Shown here in pieces: positions 49,411-60,057 of a DNA stretch of 64,000 bases. The position numbers were made by a program, and so were the translations under genes. Source of the stretch: an uncultured delta proteobacterium (lineage in GTDB: Bacteria > Desulfobacterota > Desulfobacteria > Desulfobacterales > JAFDCJ01); the NCBI GenBank assembly GCA_963769935.1, contig CAVYNY010000011.1, positions 320,001 through 384,000 of the forward strand, read 5' to 3'. Within the stretch, counting starts at the first letter, position 1; each line of letters opens with the position of its first letter. The notes beneath the pieces were generated by a model. That model saw only the letters and a list, made by a program, of their open reading frames with translations. It made no database searches and was not told the DNA's origin.

Positions 49411-50565
49411 ATGGATTTTGAACTCACGAAATCGCAAAAAGAAATTCAAAAAGCTGCAAAGGAATTTGCCAAAGGAGAATTCGACAAGGATATGGCCCTT
49501 GAACTGGATCGTAAACATGAATTTCCCACTCAAATCTGGAAAAAAGCTGCTGAGCTGGGATTTATCGGGATCCATTATCCGGAAAAGTATTCCGGGCAGG
49601 GACTCGGCGTATTGGAGAACATCATTATCGCCGATGAGTTCTGTGCCCAGGATTCTACCATCGGGAGCGCCGTTGTTCTTGCCAGTTTTGCCAGTGAATG
49701 CATTTTGCGGTTCGGCAGCGAGAAATTGAAGCAAAAATACCTGCCGGCTGTTGCCGAAGGCGAAATGCTTTCCGCCGGTTCATTTACCGAACCGGGTCAT
49801 GGCTCGGATATTACCTCACTGGACACAACCGCCGTGCAGGATGGGGAAGAATGGGTGATCAACGGAACCAAAACATTTATTACCAACGGCGGAATGGCCG
49901 GCTTTTACTGCACCATGTGCCAGACCGACACTGCGATTCAGCCTTCGTACCGGGGCATCAGTTTGATCCTGGTGGAGGCCGACCGCGAAGGTTTGACCAC
50001 TACCGATGTTGGTGAAAAGATGGGCATTCACATGATGTCCACCGCCGAGGTCAATTATAAGGATGTGCGGGTGCCGGTTGAAAATACGATCGGCGAAGCA
50101 GGCAAGGGGTTTTACCAGGTGCTTGAATTTTTCGACGAAAGCCGGATTCTCGTGGCGGCCCAGGCGCTGGGCATCGCCCAGGGCGCCTACAATCGCGCGC
50201 TGGCCTACGTCAAACAAAGAGAACAATTCGGTCGTAAAATCGCCCAATTCCAGGTCACCCAGCACAAGCTGGCCGACATGGCGACCAAGATTGAACTTGC
50301 CAGATTAGTCACTTACAAAGCTGCCTGGAATTTCGACCAAGGCCGCATTGATCCAAAACTGACTTCCATGGCCAAAATGTATGCCGCGCGCACCGCCGTC
50401 GAGGTGGCCGATGAAGCCATCCAGCTGTTGGGAGGCTACGGCTACATGACCGAATACGAAGTCGAGCGGTTTTATCGTGATGCCAAAATTACCGAAATTT
50501 ATGAGGGAACCAAGGAGATTCAGAAAAATACGATTGCCAGTGCGGTCCTGGGCAAAATTAAGTAA
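49411..50565 (+). CDS. Acyl-CoA dehydrogenase
   Basis: TEPGHGSD, NGTKTFITN, REQFG, GGYGY and IYEGT motifs. Confidence 0.95.
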   Translation: MDFELTKSQKEIQKAAKEFAKGEFDKDMALELDRKHEFPTQIWKKAAELGFIGIHYPEKYSGQGLGVLENIIIADEFCAQDSTIGSAVVLASFASECILRFGSEKLKQKYLPAVAEGEMLSAGSFTEPGHGSDITSLDTTAVQDGEEWVINGTKTFITNGGMAGFYCTMCQTDTAIQPSYRGISLILVEADREGLTTTDVGEKMGIHMMSTAEVNYKDVRVPVENTIGEAGKGFYQVLEFFDESRILVAAQALGIAQGAYNRALAYVKQREQFGRKIAQFQVTQHKLADMATKIELARLVTYKAAWNFDQGRIDPKLTSMAKMYAARTAVEVADEAIQLLGGYGYMTEYEVERFYRDAKITEIYEGTKEIQKNTIASAVLGKIK

Positions 50566-50585
50566 ATTAATGAAAGGAGCATGAA

Positions 50586-50924
50586 ATGCCAGATATTATC
50601 AAAGACATGCCGGATCTCATCAAAAAGACGATGCTGGCAGGCGTAGGCCTGGCGCTGAAAACCTGGGATGAGGTGGAAGATATGACCAGGGAACTGGTCG
50701 AAAGAGGCAAAATGGGTGAAAAGGAAGGCAATAAATTTTTAAAAGATCTGCAGCACCGGTATGACGATACCCAGAAAAAACTGGAGGCGCGGGTCGAAAA
50801 AACCGTGAAGGAATTTTTGCGAAAGGCCAATGTGGTTACCACCGATGAATTAAAGGCCGTAAAAAAAGAGATCCGGGAACTAAAGAAGATGATCAGCAGC
50901 GAGAGCGAGAAGGAGAAGCCCTAG
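50586..50924 (+). CDS. Phasin-like (PHA granule-associated family) coiled-coil protein
   Basis: K..LAGVG....T......ELVE.G.M...EG pattern; lies upstream of ubiB. Confidence 0.7.
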   Translation: MPDIIKDMPDLIKKTMLAGVGLALKTWDEVEDMTRELVERGKMGEKEGNKFLKDLQHRYDDTQKKLEARVEKTVKEFLRKANVVTTDELKAVKKEIRELKKMISSESEKEKP

Positions 50925-51027
50925 CCTACAGTTCCAAAGCAGAACTCGCTGTTGATAGTCCATTAGGGCGTTTTTTTATTATAAAGGTTTCAGGTTTCAG
51001 CACCTAACTTTTGCGTCACCTAACAGC

Positions 51028-52725
51028 ATGCTCAGTATCAGAAAAATCGGCGTTATCGGCCGAACCTACAGGCATCTTAACCGCTATCGTCAGATCCTGA
51101 CCATACTATTTAAATATGGTTTCGGGGATCTGCTGGAGATGCTGAAGATCGATCAATATATCGAGGTCGGTCTTCAATTGATATCCAAAAGGCGTGAAGT
51201 GCGATTCGAACGCCTGACCAAACCGCAAGGCTTGAGAATGGCTTTTGAAGAGCTTGGTCCCACTTATATCAAACTCGGTCAAATACTTTCCACCCGGCCG
51301 GACCTGATTCCCATGGAGTTTATTGAAGAACTGTCGAAGCTGCAGGACCATGTGCCGGCCTTCGCTTTTGCCGAGGTCCGCAAGGTAATCGAATCCGAGT
51401 TCGGCCTGCCGGCTGAGGATGTATTTGAGCAACTCGACGAGGAACCGCTGGCGTCGGCATCCATCGGACAGGTGCACCGGGCGGTCTTGAAGGACGGCGA
51501 AATTGTTGCGGTTAAGTTCCAGCGACCCGGCATTCGCAAGATAATTGAAGTTGATCTTGAAATCATGCTGCATCTGGCGATCCTTGCTGAACGTCATATA
51601 GAGGAACTGTCCCTGCATCGGCCGGTAAAGATCGTTGAGGAGTTCGCCCGCACCCTGGAAAAAGAAATCGACTATAAAAATGAGGCCACCAATATGGAGC
51701 GGGCGTCGCGCTACTTCATCGATGATCCGCATGTTTACATTCCCAAGGTCTATCGGGAGGTTACCACGTCGCGCATACTGACCACCGAATTTATTGACGG
51801 AATCAAAATTTCTCATATTGAAAAGCTCGACGCCGCCGGACTTGATCGAAAGGTTATCACCGCCCGGGGTGCGGATCTGGTGCTCAAGCAGGTCTTCGAG
51901 CACTGTTTTTTTCATGCCGACCCGCATCCAGGCAATATTTTTGTGCTGCCCGATAATGTCATCTGCCTGGTGGATTTTGGCATGGCCGGTGTTGTTGATC
52001 GCCAGACCCGGGATGATTTTGTCGATTTGGTGGAGAGTATTGTCAACCGGAACGAAGTGCAGGCCGCCCAGGTGCTTTTGAAATTAACCCACCACGAACA
52101 GGAGCCGGACAGGCGGCAGTTTGAACGCGAGGTGGCGGATTTTATGGGGCGCCACCTTTACAAACCGCTCAAGGATATTCAGCTCGGCAAGCTGCTGCAG
52201 CATCTGCTGGAACTGGCCACCAGCTTCAGGCTGCGGATTCCGCCGGATATTTTTCTGATGATGAAAGCGCTGAGCACCGTCGAAGGCGTGGGCCGCATGC
52301 TTGATCCGGAATTTGATATGTTTGCCCGGGCCAAGCCCTTTATCACCCGGGTCAAGCTCGAACGGTTTAAGCCCGAACGAATCGCCAGCGATTTGTATGA
52401 GCTGGGGTCCCACCTGCTTCGATTTTTGCGTCAGTTTCCCGATCAGCTGCTCGAAATGGCCAATCTGATGCGCCAGGAAAAACTGTGCCTTCAGATTGAA
52501 CACCGGGGTCTTGAAAACATGCTGGCCACCCATGACCGGATTTCCAACCGGATTTCATTTTCCATTCTTATTGCGGCGCTGATCATCGGATCCGCGTTGA
52601 TTGTGATATCAGAAACCCCGCCGTTGGTCTACGGCATCTCCCTTATAGGGATCCTGCTGTTTTTTGCCGCTGCAATCATGGGCATCTGGCTGCTGGTGGC
52701 CATCCTTAAAAAAGGAAAGCTTTAG
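51028..52725 (+). CDS. ubiB: AarF/ABC1/UbiB kinase family protein
   Basis: [27 protein letters not shown] and DFG motifs. Confidence 0.9.
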   Translation: MLSIRKIGVIGRTYRHLNRYRQILTILFKYGFGDLLEMLKIDQYIEVGLQLISKRREVRFERLTKPQGLRMAFEELGPTYIKLGQILSTRPDLIPMEFIEELSKLQDHVPAFAFAEVRKVIESEFGLPAEDVFEQLDEEPLASASIGQVHRAVLKDGEIVAVKFQRPGIRKIIEVDLEIMLHLAILAERHIEELSLHRPVKIVEEFARTLEKEIDYKNEATNMERASRYFIDDPHVYIPKVYREVTTSRILTTEFIDGIKISHIEKLDAAGLDRKVITARGADLVLKQVFEHCFFHADPHPGNIFVLPDNVICLVDFGMAGVVDRQTRDDFVDLVESIVNRNEVQAAQVLLKLTHHEQEPDRRQFEREVADFMGRHLYKPLKDIQLGKLLQHLLELATSFRLRIPPDIFLMMKALSTVEGVGRMLDPEFDMFARAKPFITRVKLERFKPERIASDLYELGSHLLRFLRQFPDQLLEMANLMRQEKLCLQIEHRGLENMLATHDRISNRISFSILIAALIIGSALIVISETPPLVYGISLIGILLFFAAAIMGIWLLVAILKKGKL

Positions 52726-52876
52726 GGGCTATTAGTTATTGGTTATTAGTCATTGGTTCCTTGGTGATTTCAGATAATATTAAAAATCTTTCCTGATAAA
52801 CTGACTTTTATTGATTTTTTAAAGTATAGAAATCGAAAACCAGAAAGCGCTGAGAAAGACGGTTGATAGAGACATC

Positions 52877-54272
52877 ATGAAAATCCTTTTATATAATTCG
52901 CTGAATCGACAGAAGGAAGAATTTATCCCGCTGCACGAGGGGCAGGTCGGACTTTACACCTGCGGACCGACCGTTTACAACTTTGCCCACATCGGCAACC
53001 TGCGAACTTATATCTTTGAAGATATTTTAAAGCGGGTTTTGCGGTACAACGACTACCGGGTTAAGCATGTTATGAATATTACCGATGTCGGCCACTTAAC
53101 CGGTGATCGGGACATGGGCGAAGACAAAATGGAAAAAGGCGCCGCAGCGCGAAGGCCGCAGCGCCTGGGAAATCGCCGAATTTTACACCCGGGCCTTTAA
53201 GGAGGACCTCGCCCGGCTGAATATTCTGCCGCCGGATATCTGGGTCAAGGCCACCGATACGATCGAGGATCAGATTGCGCTGATCAAAACGCTGGAAGAA
53301 AAAGGCTACACGTATCAAACCAGCGACGGAATCTATTTTGATACTTCCAAGTTTGCGGACTACACCAAGCTTTCCCATCAGGATATCGAATCCCTGCAGG
53401 AAGGCGCGCGGGTGGAAAAAAATCCGGAAAAACGCAACCCGACCGATTTTGCCCTGTGGAAATTTTCGCCCGCCGACATCCGGCGCCAGATGGAGTGGGC
53501 ATCTCCCTGGGGGATTGGGTTTCCGGGCTGGCATATCGAATGTTCGGCCATGAGTATGAAATATTTGGGCGATCAACTCGATATTCACTGCGGCGGCACC
53601 GACCATATCAATATCCATCATACCAATGAAATCGCCCAATCCGAGGCTGCCACCGGCAAGAAGTTTTTTAATTTCTGGATGCACGGCGCCTTTTTGATTA
53701 TCGCCGGCGGCAAGAAGATGGCCAAAAGCGAAGAAAACTTTCTGACGCTGGAAAGCGCCTTTCTTAGGCAAAATTTAAATCCACTGGTCTACCGTTTCGC
53801 GACCTTTCAAACCCACTACCGGAAACCCATGGAGTACAGCGAAGAAAGCGTCCAGGCCTCCCGCAACGGGTTGCAGCATCTGCAAAACCAGGTGCGGCAG
53901 GTGACCCAAAACAGCGCCGGCCGGGACGGAACCATCAATGAAGCCTATAAAAACAAATTTCAGGAAGCGGTTAACGATGATCTGAACATGCCCCGGACCA
54001 TGGCAGTCGTGCAGGAGATGTTGAAAAGCACTATCAGTGATGCTGAAAAACATGCAACCATTATGGATTATGACCGGGTGCTGGGTCTCAGCCTCGATCA
54101 GGTCGCCGCACCGCAAGCACTGCCGGCTGAAGTTCAAAAACTGGTTGAAGACCGCAGCGCAGCCCGGGCCGCCAAGGACTGGTCCGGATCCGACCGGCTG
54201 CGCGATGCGATCCAGGATTTGGGTTACACCGTGCAGGATACGAAAGAGGGTATGAAGGTCATTAAAAAATAA
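52877..54272 (+). CDS. cysS: Cysteine-tRNA ligase, apparent +1 frameshift near 53143
   Basis: [20 protein letters not shown] and KMAKS motifs, split over two ORFs. Confidence 0.92.
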
Positions 54273-54397
54273 TGCGTGGCTTTCGAAAATAGCATTTTTG
54301 CAATTCGTGCCGCAATCCGGAAAAAATGATGGATTTGCCGGAGAACGATCCTTTCTTATCTGATTGAAATCCTGTCCGCTTTTTTTCACCAAGGGCA

Positions 54398-54431
54398 TTG
54401 ACAAACCCAATTCGATGCAACAAATTTGCAT
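54398..54431 (+). promoter_or_regulatory. znuA promoter with a Zur box
   Basis: TTGACA at 54398; palindrome ATGCAA-N5-TTGCAT at 54415-54431. Confidence 0.7.
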
Positions 54432-54546
54432 AAAGTTAGTTATTGTTGAATGAATTTTCTATCGGCCAGGAGCTGTCGAATGGCGCAGGGTGTTATGCTG
54501 TCAGCGACCGTTAATTTATTGGATCCCGACCAGAAAGGCATAAAAC

Positions 54547-55482
54547 ATGAAGCCGGCAGGCATAAAACTAATCGTATTTTGTTCCTTCATTATCGGAACC
54601 TGGGCCGTTGCGGGCAGCGCCTGGGGTAAAGTTGCTGTTTTCGTCAGCATAGCGCCCCAAAAATATTTTGTGCAACATATTGGCAAAGATTTTGTGGATG
54701 TCCAAGTCATGGTCCCTCCCGGAGCCGATCCCCACATCTACGAACCCAAACCCAAACAAATGGTGGCCCTCGCCAGGGCCCAACTTTATTTTGCAATCGG
54801 AGTTGAGTTCGAAAAGACCATGCTAAAAAAAATTTCCTCGGCCAACCCGCAAATGAAGGTGATTTACACCGATCAGGGAATCCGGAAAATTCCGATGCCG
54901 GCCTATCAACACCGCGCTGAAGAAAAAAACGATGAAAACGGCAAGCACCAAACCGATACTGAATTAAAATCCGGCCATGAGCAGCATGCGCACGGTGGTC
55001 TCGATCCCCACATCTGGTTGTCTCCGCCCCTGGTGATGAAACAGGCTAAAACCATACTTGCGGCGCTTCAGGAGGCCGATCCGGTTCACCATTCCATTTA
55101 TGAGGCCAATTACGAAGCTTTTTCCACAGAGATTGCAGATTTGAACACGGAGCTCAGAAACATTTTTGCCGGCAAGCAGGGACTTCAATTTATCGTTTTC
55201 CACCCGGCCTGGGGTTATTTTGCGCAGGCATATGGGCTGGAACAGATCCCGGTAGAAATCGAAGGTAAAAACCCGAAACCGGCTCAACTCAAAGAACTGA
55301 TCGAAAATGCGCAAGAAAAAAATATTAAGGTCATCTTCGTGCAGCCGCAGTTCTCAGCTAAGAGCGCTGAGCTGATTGCCAGGGAGATTGACGGGCAGGT
55401 GGTAACAGCTGATCCGCTGGCGGAAGATTGGGCCAATAATTTGCGTGCCGTTGCCAACAAGTTTAAAGCCGCTTTGAGATAA
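54547..55482 (+). CDS. znuA: Zinc ABC transporter substrate-binding protein
   Basis: DPH.YEP, His-rich loop, DPHIWLSP and FHPAWGYF motifs. Confidence 0.92.
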   Translation: MKPAGIKLIVFCSFIIGTWAVAGSAWGKVAVFVSIAPQKYFVQHIGKDFVDVQVMVPPGADPHIYEPKPKQMVALARAQLYFAIGVEFEKTMLKKISSANPQMKVIYTDQGIRKIPMPAYQHRAEEKNDENGKHQTDTELKSGHEQHAHGGLDPHIWLSPPLVMKQAKTILAALQEADPVHHSIYEANYEAFSTEIADLNTELRNIFAGKQGLQFIVFHPAWGYFAQAYGLEQIPVEIEGKNPKPAQLKELIENAQEKNIKVIFVQPQFSAKSAELIAREIDGQVVTADPLAEDWANNLRAVANKFKAALR

Positions 55483-55562
55483 CATCCAACCCAAATCAGA
55501 CGCGGCATAATAGACAGACCTATTTCTGACTAAAACCTAACCCGGCTAAACCGGAACAAAAT

Positions 55563-55637
55563 GCCACCAAGACACAAAGACACAAAGGGAAACTTTTGAT
55601 TTAATGTTTCAGCTTTGCGTCTTTGTGTCTTGGTGGC
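55563..55637. repeat. Inverted 8-mer element, 25-bp arms with one mismatch
   Basis: GCCACCAAGACACAAAGACACAAAG / CTTTGCGTCTTTGTGTCTTGGTGGC. Confidence 0.85.
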
Positions 55638-55705
55638 GAAAATGATTTTTCATAATACGCAGTGAAAATATGATTAGCACTAAATACTTTTATTAAGGAA
55701 AAACC

Positions 55706-56485
55706 ATGGGCGATACCATCATTGATATCCGGGATTTAAATTTTTCCTATAATCAGCAACCCGTGCTGATAGACGTCGACCTGACCGTTCAAGCCGGTGA
55801 ATTTATCGCCATGATCGGCCCCAATGGCGGTGGGAAGACGACATTGCTGAAATTGATGCTGGGTCTGATTAATCCGGAATCGGGCCGGATTCGAATTTTT
55901 GGTAAAATACCGCAGGACGTATCTCACCGGATCGGTTATGTACCGCAAGACGTTCACATCAATAAAAATTTTCCAATTTCGGCATTGGATGTCGTCCTGA
56001 TGGGAAAATTAAAGCCCGGCCCGGGGCGGTCACGGCATTCAGAAACGGACCGGCGGGAAGCTTTGCATGCTTTGGAACAGGTAGACATGGAAAAATTTTG
56101 CAACCAACGCATCGGTGAGCTCTCGGGCGGACAAAAACAGCGCGTTTTTGTTGCCCGGGCATTGGTGACGGACCCGGAGCTCCTCTTCCTGGATGAGCCG
56201 ACCGCCAGCATCGACGCCAAGGGCCAAAATGAATTTTACCGCCTTTTGAATGAATTGAATGCAAGAATCACCATCATCGTTGTCAGTCATGATCTAATGG
56301 TCGTATCAGGTTACATCAAATCGGTGGTTTGTGTGAACCGACGTCTCTATTACCACGGTCATGCCGAACTTACCGGAGAAATGATTGAAATGATGTATGA
56401 TTGCACGGTCCAAGAAACCTGCCCCGTCGAGTTAATTGCCCATGGGTTGCCGCATCGGGTGTTGCACACCCATGGTGATGAGTAG
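55706..56485 (+). CDS. znuC: Zinc ABC transporter ATPase
   Basis: [14 protein letters not shown] and LDEP motifs. Confidence 0.92.
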   Translation: MGDTIIDIRDLNFSYNQQPVLIDVDLTVQAGEFIAMIGPNGGGKTTLLKLMLGLINPESGRIRIFGKIPQDVSHRIGYVPQDVHINKNFPISALDVVLMGKLKPGPGRSRHSETDRREALHALEQVDMEKFCNQRIGELSGGQKQRVFVARALVTDPELLFLDEPTASIDAKGQNEFYRLLNELNARITIIVVSHDLMVVSGYIKSVVCVNRRLYYHGHAELTGEMIEMMYDCTVQETCPVELIAHGLPHRVLHTHGDE

Positions 56486-56570
56486 AAAATAAATTTTGGT
56501 ATCAGGTGTCAGTTTTCAATTATCTGACGGAGTTGTAGAATTTTTTATTAGTGAAGATCATTAGCTCAAA

Positions 56571-56702
56571 AAATTACAAGCACCAAATAACAAAAAACAA
56601 ATAATGTCCAAATTCCAAATTTCAATGACCGAAAAAAGTTTTGAATTTTGGTCATTGTGATTTGAGATTTATTTGGAATTTGAGTTTTGTGATTTGGAAT
56701 TT
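56571..56702. repeat. Inverted 7-mer element (AAAT-CC/ACAA vs TTGG-ATTT)
   Basis: AAATTACAAGCACCAAATAACAAA..TCCAAATTCCAAATTTCAATGACC / GGTCATTG..ATTTGGAATTTG..TTTGGAATTT. Confidence 0.75.
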
Positions 56703-56782
56703 CGTTGGCCATAATTTAGCAAGGAAAAGTATTCAGCCTCAAATCAAGGTTTCTGAGGCTAAACAAGTTAAGCGAAACGACT

Positions 56783-57625
56783 ATGCTCGAAGCTCTTCAA
56801 TTTGAATTCATGCGAAATGCCTTGCTGGCCGGATTGCTGGCCAGCATCATCTGCGGCATTATGGGAACCCTGGTGGTCGTCAACCGGATAGTTTTTCTCT
56901 CGGGAGGAATTGCCCATTCGGCTTTCGGCGGTATCGGTCTGGCATTTTTTTTGGGCTGGCATTACATGGTGGGGACGATCGGGTTTGCTCTTGTGGCGGC
57001 CGTAATCATGGCCGCCATTACGCTGAAAGCCAAACATCGTGCCGATACGGTCATTGGGGTGATCTGGGCTGTCGGAATGGCCATTGGAATTATTCTGCTG
57101 GATTTAACGCCGGGCTATAATGTGGACTTGATGAGCTACCTTTTCGGCAGCATCCTGACGGTACCCAATTCGGATATCTGGATGATGCTGGGGACCGGTG
57201 CCGCCATCACCGGGATTGTATTTTTTTTCTATAATGACTACCTGGCCCTGTCCTACGATGAAGAATTTGCCCAAATTCGCGGCGTCCATGTGAAGTCTCT
57301 GTATTTTCTGATGATTGTCATGCTGGCGGTAGGAATTGTCATGATTATTCAGGTGGTCGGATTAATTCTGGTGATCGCGCTGCTGACAATTCCGCCCTAT
57401 ATTGCCGAGAAATATTCGCGGTCCTTAATTAAAATGATGTTTATATCCATCATGCTGAGTGCCGTTTTTACCCTGACGGGCTTGTGGCTTTCCTATGCTT
57501 TAAACCTGACTTCCGGTGCTACGATTATATTGGTTGCAGGCCTTGGTTTTCTGATATCTTTCGGCATTGATCGCCTGAGGTCGTACATTTCCGCAAGATC
57601 GTACAGGCTAATTAGGACAAAGTAG
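56783..57625 (+). CDS. znuB: Zinc ABC transporter permease
   Basis: FMRNALLAG, IAHSAFGG and YLFGSIL motifs. Confidence 0.92.
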   Translation: MLEALQFEFMRNALLAGLLASIICGIMGTLVVVNRIVFLSGGIAHSAFGGIGLAFFLGWHYMVGTIGFALVAAVIMAAITLKAKHRADTVIGVIWAVGMAIGIILLDLTPGYNVDLMSYLFGSILTVPNSDIWMMLGTGAAITGIVFFFYNDYLALSYDEEFAQIRGVHVKSLYFLMIVMLAVGIVMIIQVVGLILVIALLTIPPYIAEKYSRSLIKMMFISIMLSAVFTLTGLWLSYALNLTSGATIILVAGLGFLISFGIDRLRSYISARSYRLIRTK

Positions 57626-57648
57626 AATTCGACAAGGGAAGGAAAATT

Positions 57649-58080
57649 ATGTGTCATCACTGTGATTATTCAGGCTTGTTGGAAGAATCCGGCCTGGGTC
57701 ATACAACCAACCGTCACCGCGTATTGGAAGTGATCGGCAATAGCAGCCGTCCGCTGAGTGCCCAGCAAATTTTTGACACCCTCAACCGCACCGCTGACAT
57801 CAACCGGGTAACCGTCTACCGAATTTTGGATCTTCTGGTGGAAAAGGGGCTGGTCGACCGTATCAGCGGCGGCGGTCGATCGTTTGTCTACGGTCTGGCA
57901 CCCAATGACAACCATCCGGCCCATCCCCACTTTTACTGCAAAACCTGCGGCCGTCTGGAATGCTTAAACCCGCACAGCCTGAGCGTCGATCTTCAATCCA
58001 TGCGCCGCACTTTTCCGGGGTTGATCGAAAATGTCGCAGTAAGAGTGGACGGCGTGTGCAAGAATTGTTTGAAAATTTAA
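57649..58080 (+). CDS. zur: Fur-family regulator, likely Zur
   Basis: TVYR.L, HPHFYC..C and C..C motifs; last gene of the znu operon. Confidence 0.8.
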   Translation: MCHHCDYSGLLEESGLGHTTNRHRVLEVIGNSSRPLSAQQIFDTLNRTADINRVTVYRILDLLVEKGLVDRISGGGRSFVYGLAPNDNHPAHPHFYCKTCGRLECLNPHSLSVDLQSMRRTFPGLIENVAVRVDGVCKNCLKI

Positions 58081-58814
58081 AAGAACAAATACCGTTTTTC
58101 AGGCGGCGGTATTGGAATCAACTGGACGCGGTCGGCCGCAATGCTTGATACCCCCCTGCCATTTATCGTGGCGGTATTGAAAATACCTTCCACCCGGACC
58201 CAAGCATCATTTGACGGGGTTTCGCCTTCATGGCCCCTTACTATAAAAGAAATCGGCAATGCATCAGCCGCACAGCAGACAATGCCGAAGCGAAATAACT
58301 TAAAGCTGTTTTTGTCCATCTTTCCGCTGCGATAAACCATGCCTTCAACCGCCACGCGTCGACCGGTGTAATTTTCGGAATCCATAAACAGGTTTAACAG
58401 GGTTATGCCCGTATCAGCGCCTTTTTTTAATTTTGATTTTTGCCAGTAAGGATCTTCAATCGAAATGTTGGGGCCAGCATTGCCAACCCTTTTTGCAAAC
58501 GCATCTGAACCGAGACTTTGCCCATAGAGCGTCCAGAGAAACAGGACCGGCAAAAAAAGAATTGCTGACTTTAACCAGGCATCAATTTGAAGGGGATTTT
58601 TTAATTGTAATGAAAAACGGGAGATACAAGCGGCGGTATACGCCAGCACCAGCAGCATGGCCAGGACCAAAAGCGGCCAAAGCTTTGGTTGAATAAAGGC
58701 CTGGTAATGTCCGCCTTTGAGCAGCCAGTAATAGGCATGGAGCCAGATGATGAAGGTAAAAGCTGGAAGACCAGCCGTCAAAAAGGCGGCGGACCGTTTG
58801 AATCTTTCTTTCAT
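58077..58814 (-). CDS. TIGR03943/YcgQ-like (DUF1980) membrane protein
   Basis: Three TM helices and RF.I.CCAADA motif. Confidence 0.85.
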   Translation of the reverse strand: MKERFKRSAAFLTAGLPAFTFIIWLHAYYWLLKGGHYQAFIQPKLWPLLVLAMLLVLAYTAACISRFSLQLKNPLQIDAWLKSAILFLPVLFLWTLYGQSLGSDAFAKRVGNAGPNISIEDPYWQKSKLKKGADTGITLLNLFMDSENYTGRRVAVEGMVYRSGKMDKNSFKLFRFGIVCCAADALPISFIVRGHEGETPSNDAWVRVEGIFNTATINGRGVSSIAADRVQLIPIPPPEKRYLFF

Positions 58815-59818
58815 ATGAATACCGTACTGACAAAAACCGCCAAAAACGTGAGCACCGCCAACGCTGCAATCATACGTACCCGGAAGACTTTAACATACAT
58901 GATTATCAGTTTGATGTCCAGCATGGGGCCCAGTATCATAAATGCCAGCTGCGCAGAAACGGGCACCTGGCTTGAGCGAAAAGAGGCCGCCACAAAGGCA
59001 TCTGCTTCACTGCACAGGTTCAACACTACGGCCATGATCATCATGATCAGAATTGACAGGGCCGGGATACCCAGCACCGAGGTCAGGAACTGGCGCGGAA
59101 TCAGGGTCTGCAAAACGGCGGCAATAAAAGCCCCCCCTATCAGAAACCGCCCGATATCAAAAAAATCTTCGGCGGCATGGCTGACGGCCAGGCCTATTTT
59201 TTCACCGGGAGCAGCGGGTTTGACATGCCCAGAAATCCCGGCATCACTCAGATGATCCATGTCCGAGAAGACGTCGCTGCGAACCGCTTTTACTTTTGTA
59301 AATATCAGATTGATTAGAAAGCCGACGGCCACGGCAATCAGATAGCCGAAAAACATACGGCGCATCACGACAGACCAGTCCGCGAAATAGGCCACTGCGG
59401 TCGAAGCAGCCACCAGTGGATTAACGATCGGCCCCCCCAATAAAAAAGCAACGGCTGCGCCCAGCGGAACCCCTTTTTGAAGCAGTCTGCGGACTATCGG
59501 AACAATGGCACATTCGCAAACCGGAAACAGCAAGCCAATACCGGCCCCGATGAATATAGTCCACCAGCGTCCTTCGGGCAGCCAGCGGGTAATTTTTTCA
59601 CGGGGCAGAAAGACTTCAATGAATCCTCCGATAAGGGTGCCCAGCAGCATAAACGGCAGGGCTTCCAGCACGATTGAGACAAAGATGATTCCCAGGGTTT
59701 GGAATTGGGCCCGCTCGCGGAAAAACACTAACAGGCCCAGGGCAAGCAGCACGAACAGCAGCTGGGCCAACAGAGCCCATCTGTCGCTTTTTTGATGAAA
59801 AAGATTGGGACGGTCCAA
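58811..59818 (-). CDS. DUF318/YcgR-like permease
   Basis: LEALPF, PVCEC, P..NP and LCSEADAF motifs. Confidence 0.88.
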   Translation of the reverse strand: MDRPNLFHQKSDRWALLAQLLFVLLALGLLVFFRERAQFQTLGIIFVSIVLEALPFMLLGTLIGGFIEVFLPREKITRWLPEGRWWTIFIGAGIGLLFPVCECAIVPIVRRLLQKGVPLGAAVAFLLGGPIVNPLVAASTAVAYFADWSVVMRRMFFGYLIAVAVGFLINLIFTKVKAVRSDVFSDMDHLSDAGISGHVKPAAPGEKIGLAVSHAAEDFFDIGRFLIGGAFIAAVLQTLIPRQFLTSVLGIPALSILIMMIMAVVLNLCSEADAFVAASFRSSQVPVSAQLAFMILGPMLDIKLIIMYVKVFRVRMIAALAVLTFLAVFVSTVFI

Positions 59819-60057
59819 AAGTTTCGCCTAATTTTTATCGCGGCGGAAAGCCGCTCTCACACATTCTTATATCGAGTCCTTAAATAATTACATCTCAGTG
59901 CCCTCTGTGCCTCTCTGTGGTGAAAACAGTATTTTGTCAATAGTTCGGCGCTATTCTAATACATTAGCGTATTTCCGAATACTTGTACTTAGTGAAAAAG
60001 CAGAATCTGACACCGATTCTGCTTTTTGATATTTTTACTTTGGAAAAGAAAAAATTT

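Noticed and set aside
50586..50627. Duplicated N-terminus MPDIIKD/MPDLIKK
   Set aside because: Short and degenerate; only affects the choice of start codon
59840..59860. REP-like hairpin GCGGC-GGAAA-GCCGC
   Set aside because: Single copy in the window and no RAYT gene
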